The notes below the pieces were generated by a model. The model ran no database searches. It saw only the letters and a program-made list of their open reading frames with translations, and was not told where the DNA came from. Below, piece by piece: positions 47,466 through 58,162 of a stretch of 64,000 nucleotides of DNA. The stretch comes from Candidatus Tectomicrobia bacterium RIFCSPLOWO2_12_FULL_69_37 (GTDB lineage Bacteria; UBA8248): contig MGDP01000039.1 of assembly GCA_001790955.1 (NCBI GenBank), positions 193-64,192 on the forward strand, written 5' to 3'. How positions within the stretch are numbered: the first letter of the stretch is position 1; each line of letters opens with the position of its first letter. Position numbers and translations under genes: made by a program.

Positions 47466-47505
47466 CCCTTCCCCCGATGACGATTGGCAGTCTGGGCCCT
47501 TGCAG

Positions 47506-48489
47506 CTACTTCAGCAGACCCTTCTCCTTGTAGAAGCGGACCGCGCCCGGATGGAAGGGCCCGGGGACGTCGGAAATCAGCTTCTTCACGTCATAGCTGG
47601 CCAGTGAGGAATGCAGCTTCCGGATGCGACCGGCGTTCTCGTAGAGGCTCTTCGTCATGTCGTACACGATCTGGGCCGGGGTTTGTGCCCGGGTCAGGAT
47701 GTAGCCCGACCACCCGAACGACGGGAGGTCTTCCTTCGCGACGTTGTAGGTCCCCTTGGGGATGGTCACGGGAATGTAGCCGTACTTATCGACCATCTTC
47801 TTGATCATCGGCCCGGGAACGGGCAGCAGGTCCACGCTGCGGGCGCTCGCCACCTCAGCGTGGAAGGGCGAGGGCAGGCCTGTCCCCCCGATGATGGCGT
47901 CCACATGGCCGTCGCGCGCGAGGGAGACGCAGTTCGCCCAATCCATGTAGTTGATCTTCCCGCCCCACGCGGAGATGTCCGCCTCCTTGACGCCGTACTC
48001 CTCGAAGAGGCGCAGCGCCGAGACGGCGGGGGGGCCGGCCTTGCGGAAGGTGCAGAACCGCAGGGGCATCTTCTTCTCCGCGTACTCCTTGATCGACTTT
48101 ATGCCCTTTGCCTTGTCGACCATGAAGTAGTAGACGCTCACCGATTGTATATTCGCCACGCCCAGAACGCTCTTGTGCGGCTTCTTGTAGGGAGCGGCCC
48201 CCTTGAGGGCGGCTACGTACAGATCGGTCGAGGTGAGGCCGAAGTCGATGGTCCCCTGGTCCAGCAGGTTGACGTTCGCGACCCCGCCGCCCGCCATGAC
48301 CGTGATCTGGGTGCCGCCGTACATCTTCTTCAGGTTCTCGCCCAGCAGCGCGGCCAGCATGTACCAGTTCTGGCCGATGGCGCCCGCGCTCAGGGTGATG
48401 GACTTGGGCTGGGCCTGAACGGGAGAGGCCAGCGCCAGGGCCAGGCAAGCGGCCAACAGCGCGGTTCCGGCTTTTCGCACGAGCTTCAT
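47506..48489 (-). CDS. TAXI-family TRAP transporter solute-binding protein
   Basis: Signal peptide, 327 aa, 'ITLSAGAIGQNWYMLAALLGENL' is typical of TAXI receptors. Confidence 0.75.
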   Translation of the reverse strand: MKLVRKAGTALLAACLALALASPVQAQPKSITLSAGAIGQNWYMLAALLGENLKKMYGGTQITVMAGGGVANVNLLDQGTIDFGLTSTDLYVAALKGAAPYKKPHKSVLGVANIQSVSVYYFMVDKAKGIKSIKEYAEKKMPLRFCTFRKAGPPAVSALRLFEEYGVKEADISAWGGKINYMDWANCVSLARDGHVDAIIGGTGLPSPFHAEVASARSVDLLPVPGPMIKKMVDKYGYIPVTIPKGTYNVAKEDLPSFGWSGYILTRAQTPAQIVYDMTKSLYENAGRIRKLHSSLASYDVKKLISDVPGPFHPGAVRFYKEKGLLK

Positions 48490-48582
48490 CGTTTCCCTCC
48501 TTTCCCATGATTGGCCCGCCCCGCCCGGAGGATCCCACTCCCTCCCCGGCGGGACGGCGCGCAGGCTGCAAAATCCCCTGCT

Positions 48583-49497
48583 CTACGTCCCGAAAGTCCG
48601 GCTGGTTTCGGGCGACCAGAACAAGACCTTCCGCCTCAGGACCTTGACCGCCCTGTGCATCGCCACCCCCATCACCGCCAGGATGATCAGGACGGCGAAG
48701 GTGCCGGTGGTGTCGCTGCTGAAGCTCATCTGCATGAGGAGGACGCCCAGCCCGCACTGCCCCCTCCCCCCCCACATGCACTGGCCCGCGCCCACGAACT
48801 CGCCCAGGAGCGCCCCCAGCAGGCTGAAGACGACGGCGAGCTCGATGCCCGCGAAGATGAAGGGCATGGCGTTCGGGAACTGGAGCTTCCAGAACATCTG
48901 CCAGCGCGAGGCCGAGAGGGAGCGCAGCAGGTCCAGCTGATCGGCCTGGGCGGACTTGAGGCCGACCATCGTGTTGACCAGCAGCGGGAAGAAGGCCACC
49001 AGCCCCGCCAGCAGCACCTTCGACTCGATCTCGTAGCCGAACCAGATCACGAACAGGGGGGCGATCGCCAGCTTGGGCAGGGTCTGGAACGCCACGACGT
49101 AGGGGAGGACGATCTCCTCGATGACCTCCGACTGCATGAAGAGGAGCCCGAGCCCGAAGCCGATGAAGCTCCCGATCAGGAACCCGATGAGAGCCTCGAT
49201 GAAGGTGTGGGCGATGTGCAGGTAGTAGCTGTTCTGCATGGCCCCGAAGAAGTCGACGGAGCCCACCCCTCCTCCCGCCCCGAGAAAGAAGAGGCCCTGC
49301 AGGAGGGCCACCCCCACCGCCGAGGGTGCGGGCAGGATGAACGAGGGAACTTCGAAGGCGCGCACGAACCATTCCCACGCGCCCACGAAGATCACGAACG
49401 AGATCGGGAACACCACGTACCTGCGGTGGGCGCGGAGGAAGCCCGCTGGATCCAGCCGCGCCTCCTGGAGCGCCCCCCGGATTCCTTCGCCGATCAT
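48583..49497 (-). CDS. ABC transporter permease (NitT/TauT family)
   Basis: Start MIGEGIRGAL... and 6 TM helices. The N-terminal 78 aa of the track ORF are non-coding. Confidence 0.8.
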   Translation of the reverse strand: MIGEGIRGALQEARLDPAGFLRAHRRYVVFPISFVIFVGAWEWFVRAFEVPSFILPAPSAVGVALLQGLFFLGAGGGVGSVDFFGAMQNSYYLHIAHTFIEALIGFLIGSFIGFGLGLLFMQSEVIEEIVLPYVVAFQTLPKLAIAPLFVIWFGYEIESKVLLAGLVAFFPLLVNTMVGLKSAQADQLDLLRSLSASRWQMFWKLQFPNAMPFIFAGIELAVVFSLLGALLGEFVGAGQCMWGGRGQCGLGVLLMQMSFSSDTTGTFAVLIILAVMGVAMHRAVKVLRRKVLFWSPETSRTFGT

Positions 49498-49535
49498 GAC
49501 GCGATCCTCCCCGCCGCCCTTGAGCCGCCGCCCGC

Positions 49536-50669
49536 CTATTTGCCCCTTGCCGCCATGCGGGCCTTGAATTTCTTGAGCTCGGCCTCGAAGTTGAATTTCC
49601 TGGCCTGATTCTCGACCTCCTTGGGGTCGAAGTTGTTCACCTCGGAGATCAGATCGTTCGTCCAAAGCGCGTTCACCTTGCCCACCGGGAGCTCTTTCTC
49701 GAGGCCGAGGAACCGGACGTACGCCTCCCATTTCTTCGGAGAGAACTCACCGAAGCGCGTGGCGTTCTTGTCCTTCCGGAGCTTGGGGGCGCGTGACTCC
49801 AGCACCTGCCGGAAGAGCTTGGTCGCGTTTTCCTTGCTCATCCCCTTGGGGAGGGATTCGGGGTAGAGCACCCAGTGGATCTCGAGGGCCGCGTCGAGAT
49901 TACTGTAGAAAAAAATGCTCCCCTTGGCCAGGCCCCTGAGGAAGCCGACAACTGCCCCGCGGTTGTTCCCGAAATACTGCCGGTTGACCCATATGGTATT
50001 TCCGAACAGATCGCCGAGGAAATTCCCGTAGGGGATCACTCGGAACTCGAAGCCCCGCGCCTTGGCGAGCGAGAATTGGACATCCACCGACGCCCAGGCG
50101 TCCACCCGCCCCAGCCTCATGGCGGCGGCGGACTTGTCGGCCACCCCCGTGGGGAGGAAGGTCACGTCCTGGGCCTTCAGGCCGCAGTCCTTGAGGGCGC
50201 GGGCGACGAAGGCGATGCCTGCGTCGTTGGGAGCCAGGATACCGACCTTCTTCCCCTTGAGGTCGCAGAGCGTCTTGATAGGGCTGTTCGGCGGCACGGC
50301 GACCCCTTCATAAATCGGCTGGTTGTTGAACACGTACACCCCTGTCACCCCCACGTCCTCGCCCCGGGCCGCCCGGAACAGGATCGGGAAGGGCCGGGGC
50401 ATGGCGATGTCCGTCCGTCCGGCCACCGCCCACCCCAGCGACTGGCCCTCGCCCTGGGCACCGACGAACTGGGCGTCCACCCCCTCTTCCTCGAACCAGC
50501 CCATGAAGCTGCCGATCCAGAGGAACGAGATGCCGGGGTTGAAAATGGGATTCGCGAGGGTCACCTTGATCGGGGTCAGCTTCTTCGGAGCCCCGAGAGC
50601 GGGCCAGGCCCCCGCCGCAACGAACAGAAGGCACATCAGTGCTCCCAACCACACCCGCAAAGGCTTCAT
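49536..50669 (-). CDS. ABC transporter substrate-binding protein (NMT1/THI5-like, NitT/TauT family)
   Basis: Signal peptide MKPLRVWLGALMCLLFVAAGAWPALGA. 377 aa. Confidence 0.75.
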   Translation of the reverse strand: MKPLRVWLGALMCLLFVAAGAWPALGAPKKLTPIKVTLANPIFNPGISFLWIGSFMGWFEEEGVDAQFVGAQGEGQSLGWAVAGRTDIAMPRPFPILFRAARGEDVGVTGVYVFNNQPIYEGVAVPPNSPIKTLCDLKGKKVGILAPNDAGIAFVARALKDCGLKAQDVTFLPTGVADKSAAAMRLGRVDAWASVDVQFSLAKARGFEFRVIPYGNFLGDLFGNTIWVNRQYFGNNRGAVVGFLRGLAKGSIFFYSNLDAALEIHWVLYPESLPKGMSKENATKLFRQVLESRAPKLRKDKNATRFGEFSPKKWEAYVRFLGLEKELPVGKVNALWTNDLISEVNNFDPKEVENQARKFNFEAELKKFKARMAARGK

Positions 50670-50811
50670 GGCCGTCCCCCTTCGCTAGAGAGGCATGACG
50701 CGGCGAAACCCGCCATCTTTCCCCAGATCCCCAGGCCCGCGGACCATCGAACGGCCACGCGCGCGGAGAAAACCCCCGCAGGGCGCCCTTTGTCCCCTCC
50801 GGCTCCCCCGC

Positions 50812-51990
50812 CTAAAGATACGGCATCGAGCGGACGTGCTGGGCCTCGTTCGTGCCCGCCGAGTGCAGGAAGCTCGTCACGTCGCGCAGGTATTTCTCCA
50901 TCGGGGCCTCGGTCATGTAGCCCATCCCGCCCCAGACCTCCAGGGCGCGCTTGGCGATGCGGAAGCAGGCCTCCGAGGCGTAGGCCTTCGCCATGTAGCC
51001 GAGCTTGGGGTCGTAGCCCTCGTCCTTCATGGCCATCCAGGCGGCGTAGTGCAGGGTCTGGCGCGCGGAGACGTACTCGATGTAGCAGTCGGCCAGCGCG
51101 AAGCCGATCGCCTGGTGCTGGATGATGGGCTTGCCGCCCTGGACGCGGTTCTTGGCGTACTCGACAGCGTCCTCGTAGGCCGCCCGGGCCGGCCCCAGGG
51201 CCGTCGCCGCGGACTCGATGACCGAACCGCGCGAGAAAGAGCCCGCGCGGGCCCTGGCCCCGCCGCCCACCTCGGTGATCCGGTCCCTGTCCGGGACGCG
51301 GCAGTTCTCGAAGATGAGCTCGGCGTTCTGGGAGAGGCGCTGGCCCATCTTGTCGTGGACCTCGCCGATGGTGAACCCCTTCGTGCCCGGGGCGACCATG
51401 AAGTAGGTCATCCCCTTCAAGGCCGCTACCTTGGGGTCCGTCCGCGTGACGAGGACGTAGAGCTTCGCGATCCCCCCATTGCTGATGAAGTGCTTCATCC
51501 CGTTCAGGACCCAGCCGTCGCCGTCCCGGACCGCCCGCAGCCGGACGCCGTGGTCCGCCCGGTCGGCGGGGATGAAGTTCTCCGAGCCGGCGTCCGGCTC
51601 GGTCATCCCCACGGCGAGGTGGAAGCGGTGATCCTCGAGGAAGGCCTGGAGGAAGCGGCCGCGCTGCTCCTCATTCCACATGCGGTCGAGGAAGTGGCTG
51701 ATCTTCCAGGTCTGGTCGAAGGTGACGGCCACGCCCAGGTCGCCCCAGGCCAGCTCCTCCCCCACGACGCACAAGTCGAGGATGGTCGCCCCGGCCCCGC
51801 CCCTCTCCTCCGGCAAGGAGAGCGTCCGCAGCCCGAGCCGGCTGCCCTTCTCGAGGATCTCCCAGGGGAAGCGCTCCTTCGGGTCCCGGATCCGCTCCCG
51901 CTCCCGGGCGACGGGGCGGATCTCCTTCTCGGCGAACTCGTGCGCCAGCCGCTGGAGCGAAAGCTGGGTTTCGGTGAGGCTGAAGTCCAT
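50812..51990 (-). CDS. acyl-CoA dehydrogenase family protein
   Basis: 392 aa with the ACAD N-terminal, middle and C-terminal domain pattern (MDFSLTETQ..., GMTEPDAGS). Confidence 0.85.
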   Translation of the reverse strand: MDFSLTETQLSLQRLAHEFAEKEIRPVARERERIRDPKERFPWEILEKGSRLGLRTLSLPEERGGAGATILDLCVVGEELAWGDLGVAVTFDQTWKISHFLDRMWNEEQRGRFLQAFLEDHRFHLAVGMTEPDAGSENFIPADRADHGVRLRAVRDGDGWVLNGMKHFISNGGIAKLYVLVTRTDPKVAALKGMTYFMVAPGTKGFTIGEVHDKMGQRLSQNAELIFENCRVPDRDRITEVGGGARARAGSFSRGSVIESAATALGPARAAYEDAVEYAKNRVQGGKPIIQHQAIGFALADCYIEYVSARQTLHYAAWMAMKDEGYDPKLGYMAKAYASEACFRIAKRALEVWGGMGYMTEAPMEKYLRDVTSFLHSAGTNEAQHVRSMPYL

Positions 51991-52007
51991 GGCCCGTCCC
52001 TATCCTC

Positions 52008-52781
52008 TCACCTGCCGTCGTCCACGATCGCCACCGGCCGCACCCACGCGCCGGACGCCTTCTCGACGTTGATCGGGAAGCAGGCGATCTTGAAGCCGTG
52101 CGCCCTGGGGATCTTCCCGAAGTTGGCCATCTGCTCGATCTGGAGGTACTCGCGCCGGCGCCCCAGGATGTGGTGGCAGGGCATGAGGGCCCGGCGGTTC
52201 CCCGCCTTGAACTCGGGGATCTGGAAGCTGAAGGGGCGGTCGTAGCCGAAGGCGTCGATGCCGATGATCCGGACCCCCCGGTCCAGGAGGTACTCGGTCG
52301 CCTCGATGCTCATGCCCGGGTGCAGCTCGGGGTAGTTGGGGTCCGGCCGCTTCTCGTCCGTCCCCGTCCAGAGGAGGACGATGTCCCCCGCCTTGATTTG
52401 GTAGCCGATCTTCTTCAGGCAGGCCTCGACGTCGGCGGCGGTGATGGAGTCCCCCGTCTTCTTGTGGCGCAGGTCGAGCACCACCCCGTCGGCGAAGCAC
52501 CACTCGAGCGGCACCTGGTCGATGGAGCGGGAGGGCTTCCCCGCCACGGTGGGGCCGTAGTGCAGGGGGGCGTCCATGTGGGTGGCCGAGTGGGTGGAGA
52601 CCTTGACGAACTCCGTCTGGCTGCCCACCCCGTCGTGCAGCTCCTCCGGCTTGATGCCCCAGCCCGCGGCCGTCTTGGCGCCGAACTCCTTGTGGTCCAT
52701 GTAGTAGATGTCGGGGGGCCTCGGCTCGTGGGCGCCGTTGGCCATGGGGGTGCTCAGGTCGATGCATCGGATGGCGCACAT
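52008..52781 (-). CDS. cyclase-family protein (kynurenine formamidase-like)
   Basis: Motif 'VSTHSATHMDAPLHY' (HxGTHxDxPxH). Confidence 0.8.
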   Translation of the reverse strand: MCAIRCIDLSTPMANGAHEPRPPDIYYMDHKEFGAKTAAGWGIKPEELHDGVGSQTEFVKVSTHSATHMDAPLHYGPTVAGKPSRSIDQVPLEWCFADGVVLDLRHKKTGDSITAADVEACLKKIGYQIKAGDIVLLWTGTDEKRPDPNYPELHPGMSIEATEYLLDRGVRIIGIDAFGYDRPFSFQIPEFKAGNRRALMPCHHILGRRREYLQIEQMANFGKIPRAHGFKIACFPINVEKASGAWVRPVAIVDDGR

Positions 52782-52842
52782 GATGCGGATCCTCTTCGGC
52801 GAGCCGGGAAACCTCCGGCCAGGAAAGACTCCCCTCGCCCCG

Positions 52843-54081
52843 CTAGGCCGGCCTCACCCAGAGCTTGCGCTCCTGGGGATAGATGGGCTCCCAGCCGTTG
52901 CGGGTCACCACCACCGTCTTCTCGATCTGGGTGCCTCCCACCCCGAAGATCTGGGTGGGGTTCTCCACGCAGATCGTCGTCCCCGCCTCGAGCGGGAAGT
53001 CGCTCGAGGGCGGCAGGAACTGGCTCTTGATCGGCGCGGGGTCGGCCAGCACGTAGGGCACCTCCCGCTGCTCGAGGCCGATGGCGTGGCCCGCGAAGTT
53101 GCCGTTGTGCCCGGGCAGGAGGGCCTTGGTGGCGTCGAGCATGGCGCGGTAGATCTTGGAGCCCATGACGCCCGCCTTCACCTCCGCCATCGCGGCATCG
53201 AAGCCCGCCTCGGTCGCCTTCCACATGTCGAGCTGCTGCTTCGCGGGCTCGCCCAGCACTCCTCCCCAGCCCGTGTCGGCCTGGTAGTTGCCCAGCACCA
53301 CGCCCGCGTCGAACTTCCACATCTCGCCCTTGGCGATCTTCTTGCCGGTGGGCGGGAAGATGCCCGTCGCGCGCCGGCCCGAGCAGAAGTGGAACCACTG
53401 CCACATGCCTCCGCCCCTGCCCACCTCGGCGCGGAACACCGAGGAGACCTCGTTCTCGGTCGCCCCCTCGCGGACCGCCAGCGAGGCGCACGAGCAGGCC
53501 CGCTCGTTCAGCTCGGCCGCCGCCCGCATGGCCTTGAGCTCGTCGGGGGTCTTCACCATCCGGATCAGGCGGAAAAGGTCGGCCCCATCCACGATCGTCG
53601 CCTGGGGGAGCGCCTCCCCGATCTGCCTGCGCACCTCCGGCATGACGCGCTCCTGGTCCAGGGCGATTTTGCCCTTGTCCAGCCCCCGCTCGCGGAGCGC
53701 CTGCCCTACCGCCGCCCCCGCGCTCTTGGCCCGGCGGGCGTCGTTGTTGTACATGCCGAGGTAGGTCTCCTCCTCGGGCGTCTGGGCCTTGGCGCCCGGG
53801 GGGATGATGAGGGCGCTCCTCCCGCCGAAGGTGTAGTGCTCCTTGATCCAGGACTGCTGCATGGAGACGTAGGTGACCTCCTGGCCGGGGACGACGAGGG
53901 CCGGGGGCCGGTTCGCGTCTTGGGGGAAGACGGCGAACATGTGGACGGAGTAAACGTACACCTTGTTCGACCACCCCACCGTGCCCGCCAGGTAGGTGAC
54001 GTTCTCGGGCGTGCTCGCCACGAGGGCGTCGATGCCGAAGTCCTTCATGAGGCCGCGCGCGCGTTCCGCATTCAGATACAT
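52843..54081 (-). CDS. M24-family metallopeptidase (Xaa-Pro aminopeptidase / creatinase-like)
   Basis: Creatinase_N-like N-terminus (MYLNAERARGLMKDFGIDALV) plus a pita-bread catalytic domain. 412 aa. Confidence 0.75.
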   Translation of the reverse strand: MYLNAERARGLMKDFGIDALVASTPENVTYLAGTVGWSNKVYVYSVHMFAVFPQDANRPPALVVPGQEVTYVSMQQSWIKEHYTFGGRSALIIPPGAKAQTPEEETYLGMYNNDARRAKSAGAAVGQALRERGLDKGKIALDQERVMPEVRRQIGEALPQATIVDGADLFRLIRMVKTPDELKAMRAAAELNERACSCASLAVREGATENEVSSVFRAEVGRGGGMWQWFHFCSGRRATGIFPPTGKKIAKGEMWKFDAGVVLGNYQADTGWGGVLGEPAKQQLDMWKATEAGFDAAMAEVKAGVMGSKIYRAMLDATKALLPGHNGNFAGHAIGLEQREVPYVLADPAPIKSQFLPPSSDFPLEAGTTICVENPTQIFGVGGTQIEKTVVVTRNGWEPIYPQERKLWVRPA

Positions 54082-54090
54082 GGAAACCCC

Positions 54091-54879
54091 CTACCGAAGT
54101 CCCGCCGCCCGCTTCCGCCGCCTGCCCTCGGGCGCCCCGATCCGTCTCACGCCCCGTCCTTGCTCCTCCGGGGCGGGGAAAAGTCTCGCCCAATCCTGGC
54201 CGGTCCACGTCCTGGACTTGAACTGCCTGCGGAGAGAGCGCTCGGCGTTCTCCCGCTGGACGACCAGCATCCTCTCCGCCCGCTTGAGATCGCCCTTCCG
54301 GAGGTGGCCCACGAGCCGGCGGTGCTCCGAGAGGTTCTGGGCAGCCCGGCTGGGGTCGAAGAAGTAGAGCAGGTTGCTGCTCATGGAGGACTCGTCCCAA
54401 AGGTCCAGGATCATCTTCTTCAGGCGGGGCAGCGGGCAGGGATCGAAGAGGCGGAGGTGAAACATCCGGTTCAGGCGGTTCAGCTCCGGCGTCTCCCCTC
54501 GCGCGCAGGCGTCCTCGGAGTCCCGGATGATCCGTTCGAGCGCCCGGAAGTCCTCCTCCGCCATCTCGGGGGCGGACAAGCGGAGGGCGAGCGACTCAAG
54601 GCAGGCCCGGATGGTGAGGGTCTCGGTGATGCGCTCCAGGTCCGGGAAGACGATCCGGGCGCCGACGTGGGGCGAGGAGATGACGAAGCCCTCCCCCTCG
54701 AGCCGCTGGATGGCCTCTCGCACGGGCAGGAGGCTTGTGCCCAGCCGGGCGGCCACCTCGCGGAGGATGAGCCTCTCGCCGGGCCGGACGGCGCCGGAGA
54801 CGATCTCCGCGCGCAGCCGCTCGTACACCAAGTCCTTCTTGGTCTTGTAGGCGAACACGCCCCCCAGCGCCCTCTCCAT
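54091..54879 (-). CDS. GntR-family transcriptional regulator (FadR/FCD-like)
   Basis: wHTH 'LVYERLRAEIVSGAVRPGERLILREVAARLGTSLLPVREAIQRLEGEGFV' plus an FCD-like C-terminal domain. Start at the internal Met. Confidence 0.75.
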   Translation of the reverse strand: MERALGGVFAYKTKKDLVYERLRAEIVSGAVRPGERLILREVAARLGTSLLPVREAIQRLEGEGFVISSPHVGARIVFPDLERITETLTIRACLESLALRLSAPEMAEEDFRALERIIRDSEDACARGETPELNRLNRMFHLRLFDPCPLPRLKKMILDLWDESSMSSNLLYFFDPSRAAQNLSEHRRLVGHLRKGDLKRAERMLVVQRENAERSLRRQFKSRTWTGQDWARLFPAPEEQGRGVRRIGAPEGRRRKRAAGLR

Positions 54880-55092
54880 CCCGGATTCCGCTCCCGTGTG
54901 CTGGACGATCTTGGCCGAGCCGGCGAGTCGACTGTTTGGATACCTATTATATTTAATCACATATCACATCGCCTGCAACCGAAAGTCCTTGCGAATCCCG
55001 CCGGGCGGAATCTTTTCCTCGCGCGCGTCTCGCCCCGGAGACGAAGGCCGTCCCAATATGCGGGATGCGGCCGCGCCCCCCGCGCGAAGGAG

Positions 55093-55128
55093 AAAAAAAG
55101 AGGGGTCTTCCGCCCGGCGGAAGGCCCC
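55093..55128 (-). terminator. rho-independent terminator for the minus-strand TPP-enzyme gene
   Basis: Minus-strand transcript ggggccttccgcc-ggg-cggaagacccc followed by tcttttttt. Confidence 0.55.
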
Positions 55129-55159
55129 GTGGGGGAGGGGACCGGAGCCCGGAACGAGG

Positions 55160-56968
55160 TCAGGGCTTCTGGCAGATCACGTTGAGGAGGGCCTGGCGCC
55201 CCTCCTCGCGCACGGCGCGCAGGGCCCGCTGGAGGGCGGGCCGGATCTGGTCCGGGTCCTCCACCCTCTCGCCGTAGCCGCCGCAGGACTCGCAGATCTT
55301 CTCGAAGGCGGGCGAGGGCTCGAGGGCGGTGAAGGCGAAGTCGTTCTGCCCGACGGCCCAGCCGTCCGGGTGGAGGGCCCGGGCGTTGCGCTTCACCGAG
55401 CCCCAGGTGCGGTTGTTGAAGACCACCACCAGGACGGGGAGCTTGTGGGCGTTCGAGGCGAAGTGGCAGGCGGCCGGGTTGCTGAAGATGTAGGAGCCGT
55501 CCCCCAGGGTGACGAAGACGGTGCGGCCCTTGGCGGCCAGCTTGGCGCCGAGCGCCGCCCCGAAGCCCCAGCCGAGGCCGGCCGCGGGCGGGTGGTCGAA
55601 GTAGGTCCCGGGCTTGGTGCGGACGAGCTGGGTGCCCACCATGTCGTACTCGTTCACCAGGATGTCGTCCTCCCCCAGCACCTCGGCGATGCACTTGGAG
55701 AGCCAGACGTACTCGATGGGCATGCTCGTGGAGGCCTTTTCGGCCTCCTCCTTCCACCGCGCGCGCATGGCCTTGTGGGACTTCTCCAGGGCCTCGCGCC
55801 GCCTGGCGATCTCCTTCTCCTTGCCCGCGAGGCGGGGCTTGAGGGCCTCTCGCAGCGCCGCCAAGGCGGGGCCGGGCTCGGACTGGATGGGAAGGTCCGA
55901 GGGGAAACCGCGCACGGGGTAGCGCGAGAAGTTCGGGTCGACCGCGAGCTGGATGAACATGGTCTCCGGGCGCGGCTGCACCTGGGCGGGGATCCAGGGC
56001 ACGCAGGACTCGATGGTGAGGACGACGTCCGCCTCCTTGAAGTGATCCCACAGCGCGTAGCCCTGGTGGAGGGGATGGTTCGAGGGGAAGTTCACGAACT
56101 CGCGGAAGCGGTCCTCCACCACGGGAAAGGCGCCCAGTTCGGCCAGGGCGACGAGCTCGGGCACCGCCGCCGGGTCGTGGCCCATGGCGCCCACGTGGAG
56201 GACGGGGTGCAGCGCCCCCGCGATCAGATCGGCCGCGCGCCCGACCGCCCCGAGGTCCGGGTAGAGGCGGGCGGGGCGGGTGGTGCGGGGCTCCGCCCAG
56301 TAGGTGAACTCCTTCTGGGGCGCGGCCAGCACCTCGCGCGGGAGGGTGAGGTAGACGGGGCCCTGGGGGTGGGAGGTGGCGATGCCCAGGGCGCGGTCCA
56401 CCACGGTCTCCACCTGCTCGAAGGCGCGCAGCTCGTAGTCCCACTTCACGAACTCGCGCACCATGGCCCCCTGGTCGAAGGACTCCTGGGCCCAGTGGAT
56501 GTAGACGCTGCGGCTCCCCCGCAGGCCGCTCTCGGTGAGGGGGGTGCGGCCCGCGGTGAAGAGCATGGGTATGTTGAGGCGGTTGGCGTTGATGAGGCCC
56601 AGGAGGGAGTTGGCCGTGCCCACCGAGACGTGGACCATCACCAGCTGGGGCCGGCCCGTCACCATGGCGTAGCCGTGGGCCATGCTCACCGCCGTCATCT
56701 CGTGCGGGGCCAGGATGGGGATGGGGGAGGGGCGTTTCTCCGCCTTGAGCTTCGCCAAGGCTTCGATGATGGAAGGGAAGTCCGTGCCGCCGTTGCCGAA
56801 GAAATACTCGACCCCGCGCTCGGCGAGCAGGGTGAGATAGGCCTCGGCCGTGGTCTCCACGGCCACGCGCTTCCTCTCCACAGAGATCCCTCCCCCCCGG
56901 CGCGGGGCGCGCGGGGTCCGGCTGCTTGTGGACGAAAAAAGGTCGGTGCTAAGATTCCGGCGCTTCAT
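55160..56968 (-). CDS. thiamine-pyrophosphate enzyme (acetolactate synthase / benzoylformate decarboxylase-like), second copy
   Basis: TPP N-terminal (GVEYFFGNGGTDF) and C-terminal (GDGSYIFSNP...NN) domains. About 600 aa. Confidence 0.8.
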   Translation of the reverse strand: MKRRNLSTDLFSSTSSRTPRAPRRGGGISVERKRVAVETTAEAYLTLLAERGVEYFFGNGGTDFPSIIEALAKLKAEKRPSPIPILAPHEMTAVSMAHGYAMVTGRPQLVMVHVSVGTANSLLGLINANRLNIPMLFTAGRTPLTESGLRGSRSVYIHWAQESFDQGAMVREFVKWDYELRAFEQVETVVDRALGIATSHPQGPVYLTLPREVLAAPQKEFTYWAEPRTTRPARLYPDLGAVGRAADLIAGALHPVLHVGAMGHDPAAVPELVALAELGAFPVVEDRFREFVNFPSNHPLHQGYALWDHFKEADVVLTIESCVPWIPAQVQPRPETMFIQLAVDPNFSRYPVRGFPSDLPIQSEPGPALAALREALKPRLAGKEKEIARRREALEKSHKAMRARWKEEAEKASTSMPIEYVWLSKCIAEVLGEDDILVNEYDMVGTQLVRTKPGTYFDHPPAAGLGWGFGAALGAKLAAKGRTVFVTLGDGSYIFSNPAACHFASNAHKLPVLVVVFNNRTWGSVKRNARALHPDGWAVGQNDFAFTALEPSPAFEKICESCGGYGERVEDPDQIRPALQRALRAVREEGRQALLNVICQKP

Positions 56969-57095
56969 TCTCCCATGAACGGGTGGGCGGTGCCAGCGCC
57001 GGACGTGACTCCGCAGGGAGGGAACGGCGCCGCCCCCCGCGGCCTCGCCTGACGGCAGCAATCAGCGCAGGCATCACCTTCCGGCCGGAGGAACC

Positions 57096-58136
57096 TTGAT
57101 GAGACACATTGCGGGCAAGAAGCTGACTTTCATGGCATTGTCGATCGCGTTCCTGGCGGCGCTGGCCGTCCCCCATCCGGAGGCGGCCGCCGCGCCCGTC
57201 AAGATCCGCATCGCCCACGGCATCCCCCCCGCCCACCTGACCCCCCTTCTCTTCCAGAAGAAGGAGCTCTTGAAAAACTACGGGAAAACCTACGAGGTGC
57301 AGCTCATCTACGTCGCCAACACCTCGGCGCAGATCCCGATGCTGGCCGCGAAGGAGATCGACATCACCTGGACCGCCTACTCCAGCTTCGCGGCCGCCGT
57401 CATGAACGCGAAGCTCGACCTCAAGCTCATCCTGGACATCCTCTCCTACGGAGAGCCGGGGCACTTCACCTCGTACTGGTCCGTGATGAAGGAATCCCCC
57501 ATCAAGTCCATCAAGGACGTCAAGGGGAAGCGGATCGCCGTCCCCGCCTTCGGCACCGCGCTCGACATCGCGGCCCGGATCGCGCTCAAGAAGGCGGGGC
57601 TGGAGGCGAACAAGGATTACACCCCCGTCGAGGTCAACTTCCCCAACATGTTCGCCATGCTGAGCCAGGGGAAGGTGGACATCGCGGCCATCACGACCCC
57701 GTTCATCTACGACCCGAAGATCTCCTCGAAGGTCAGGAAGGTCTTCGGCGCCGAGGCCGCCATGGGGAAGATCCAGGCCCTGATGCACGCCGTCCGGGGA
57801 GATTTCCTGGCGAAGAACCGGGCCGCCGTCCAGGACATGGCGGAAGACTACGTCCGCGCCTGGCGCTGGTTCTTGACCCCGGCGAACCGCGAGGAGGCGC
57901 TGAACATCGCCGCCAAGTTCACCAAGCGCCCCCGCGCGGCCTATGAATGGGCTCTGACGAGGGACAAGGACTCCTACCGCGACCCCTACGCCCAGGTCGA
58001 CATCAAGGTCCTCCAGGGCAACCTCGACGTGATGCACCAGATGGGCTACCTCAAGGAGCGGCTCGACATCTCCAAGTTCGCCGACACCTCCATCGCCGCG
58101 GAGGCACGCCGGCGCGTCATGGCCGCAAAGAACTAG
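57096..58136 (+). CDS. ABC transporter substrate-binding protein (NMT1-like, NitT/TauT family)
   Basis: Signal peptide. 346 aa. Confidence 0.75.
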   Translation: MMRHIAGKKLTFMALSIAFLAALAVPHPEAAAAPVKIRIAHGIPPAHLTPLLFQKKELLKNYGKTYEVQLIYVANTSAQIPMLAAKEIDITWTAYSSFAAAVMNAKLDLKLILDILSYGEPGHFTSYWSVMKESPIKSIKDVKGKRIAVPAFGTALDIAARIALKKAGLEANKDYTPVEVNFPNMFAMLSQGKVDIAAITTPFIYDPKISSKVRKVFGAEAAMGKIQALMHAVRGDFLAKNRAAVQDMAEDYVRAWRWFLTPANREEALNIAAKFTKRPRAAYEWALTRDKDSYRDPYAQVDIKVLQGNLDVMHQMGYLKERLDISKFADTSIAAEARRRVMAAKN

Positions 58137-58162
58137 GCCCGCCGGGGAGGCGCGGGCGGGCC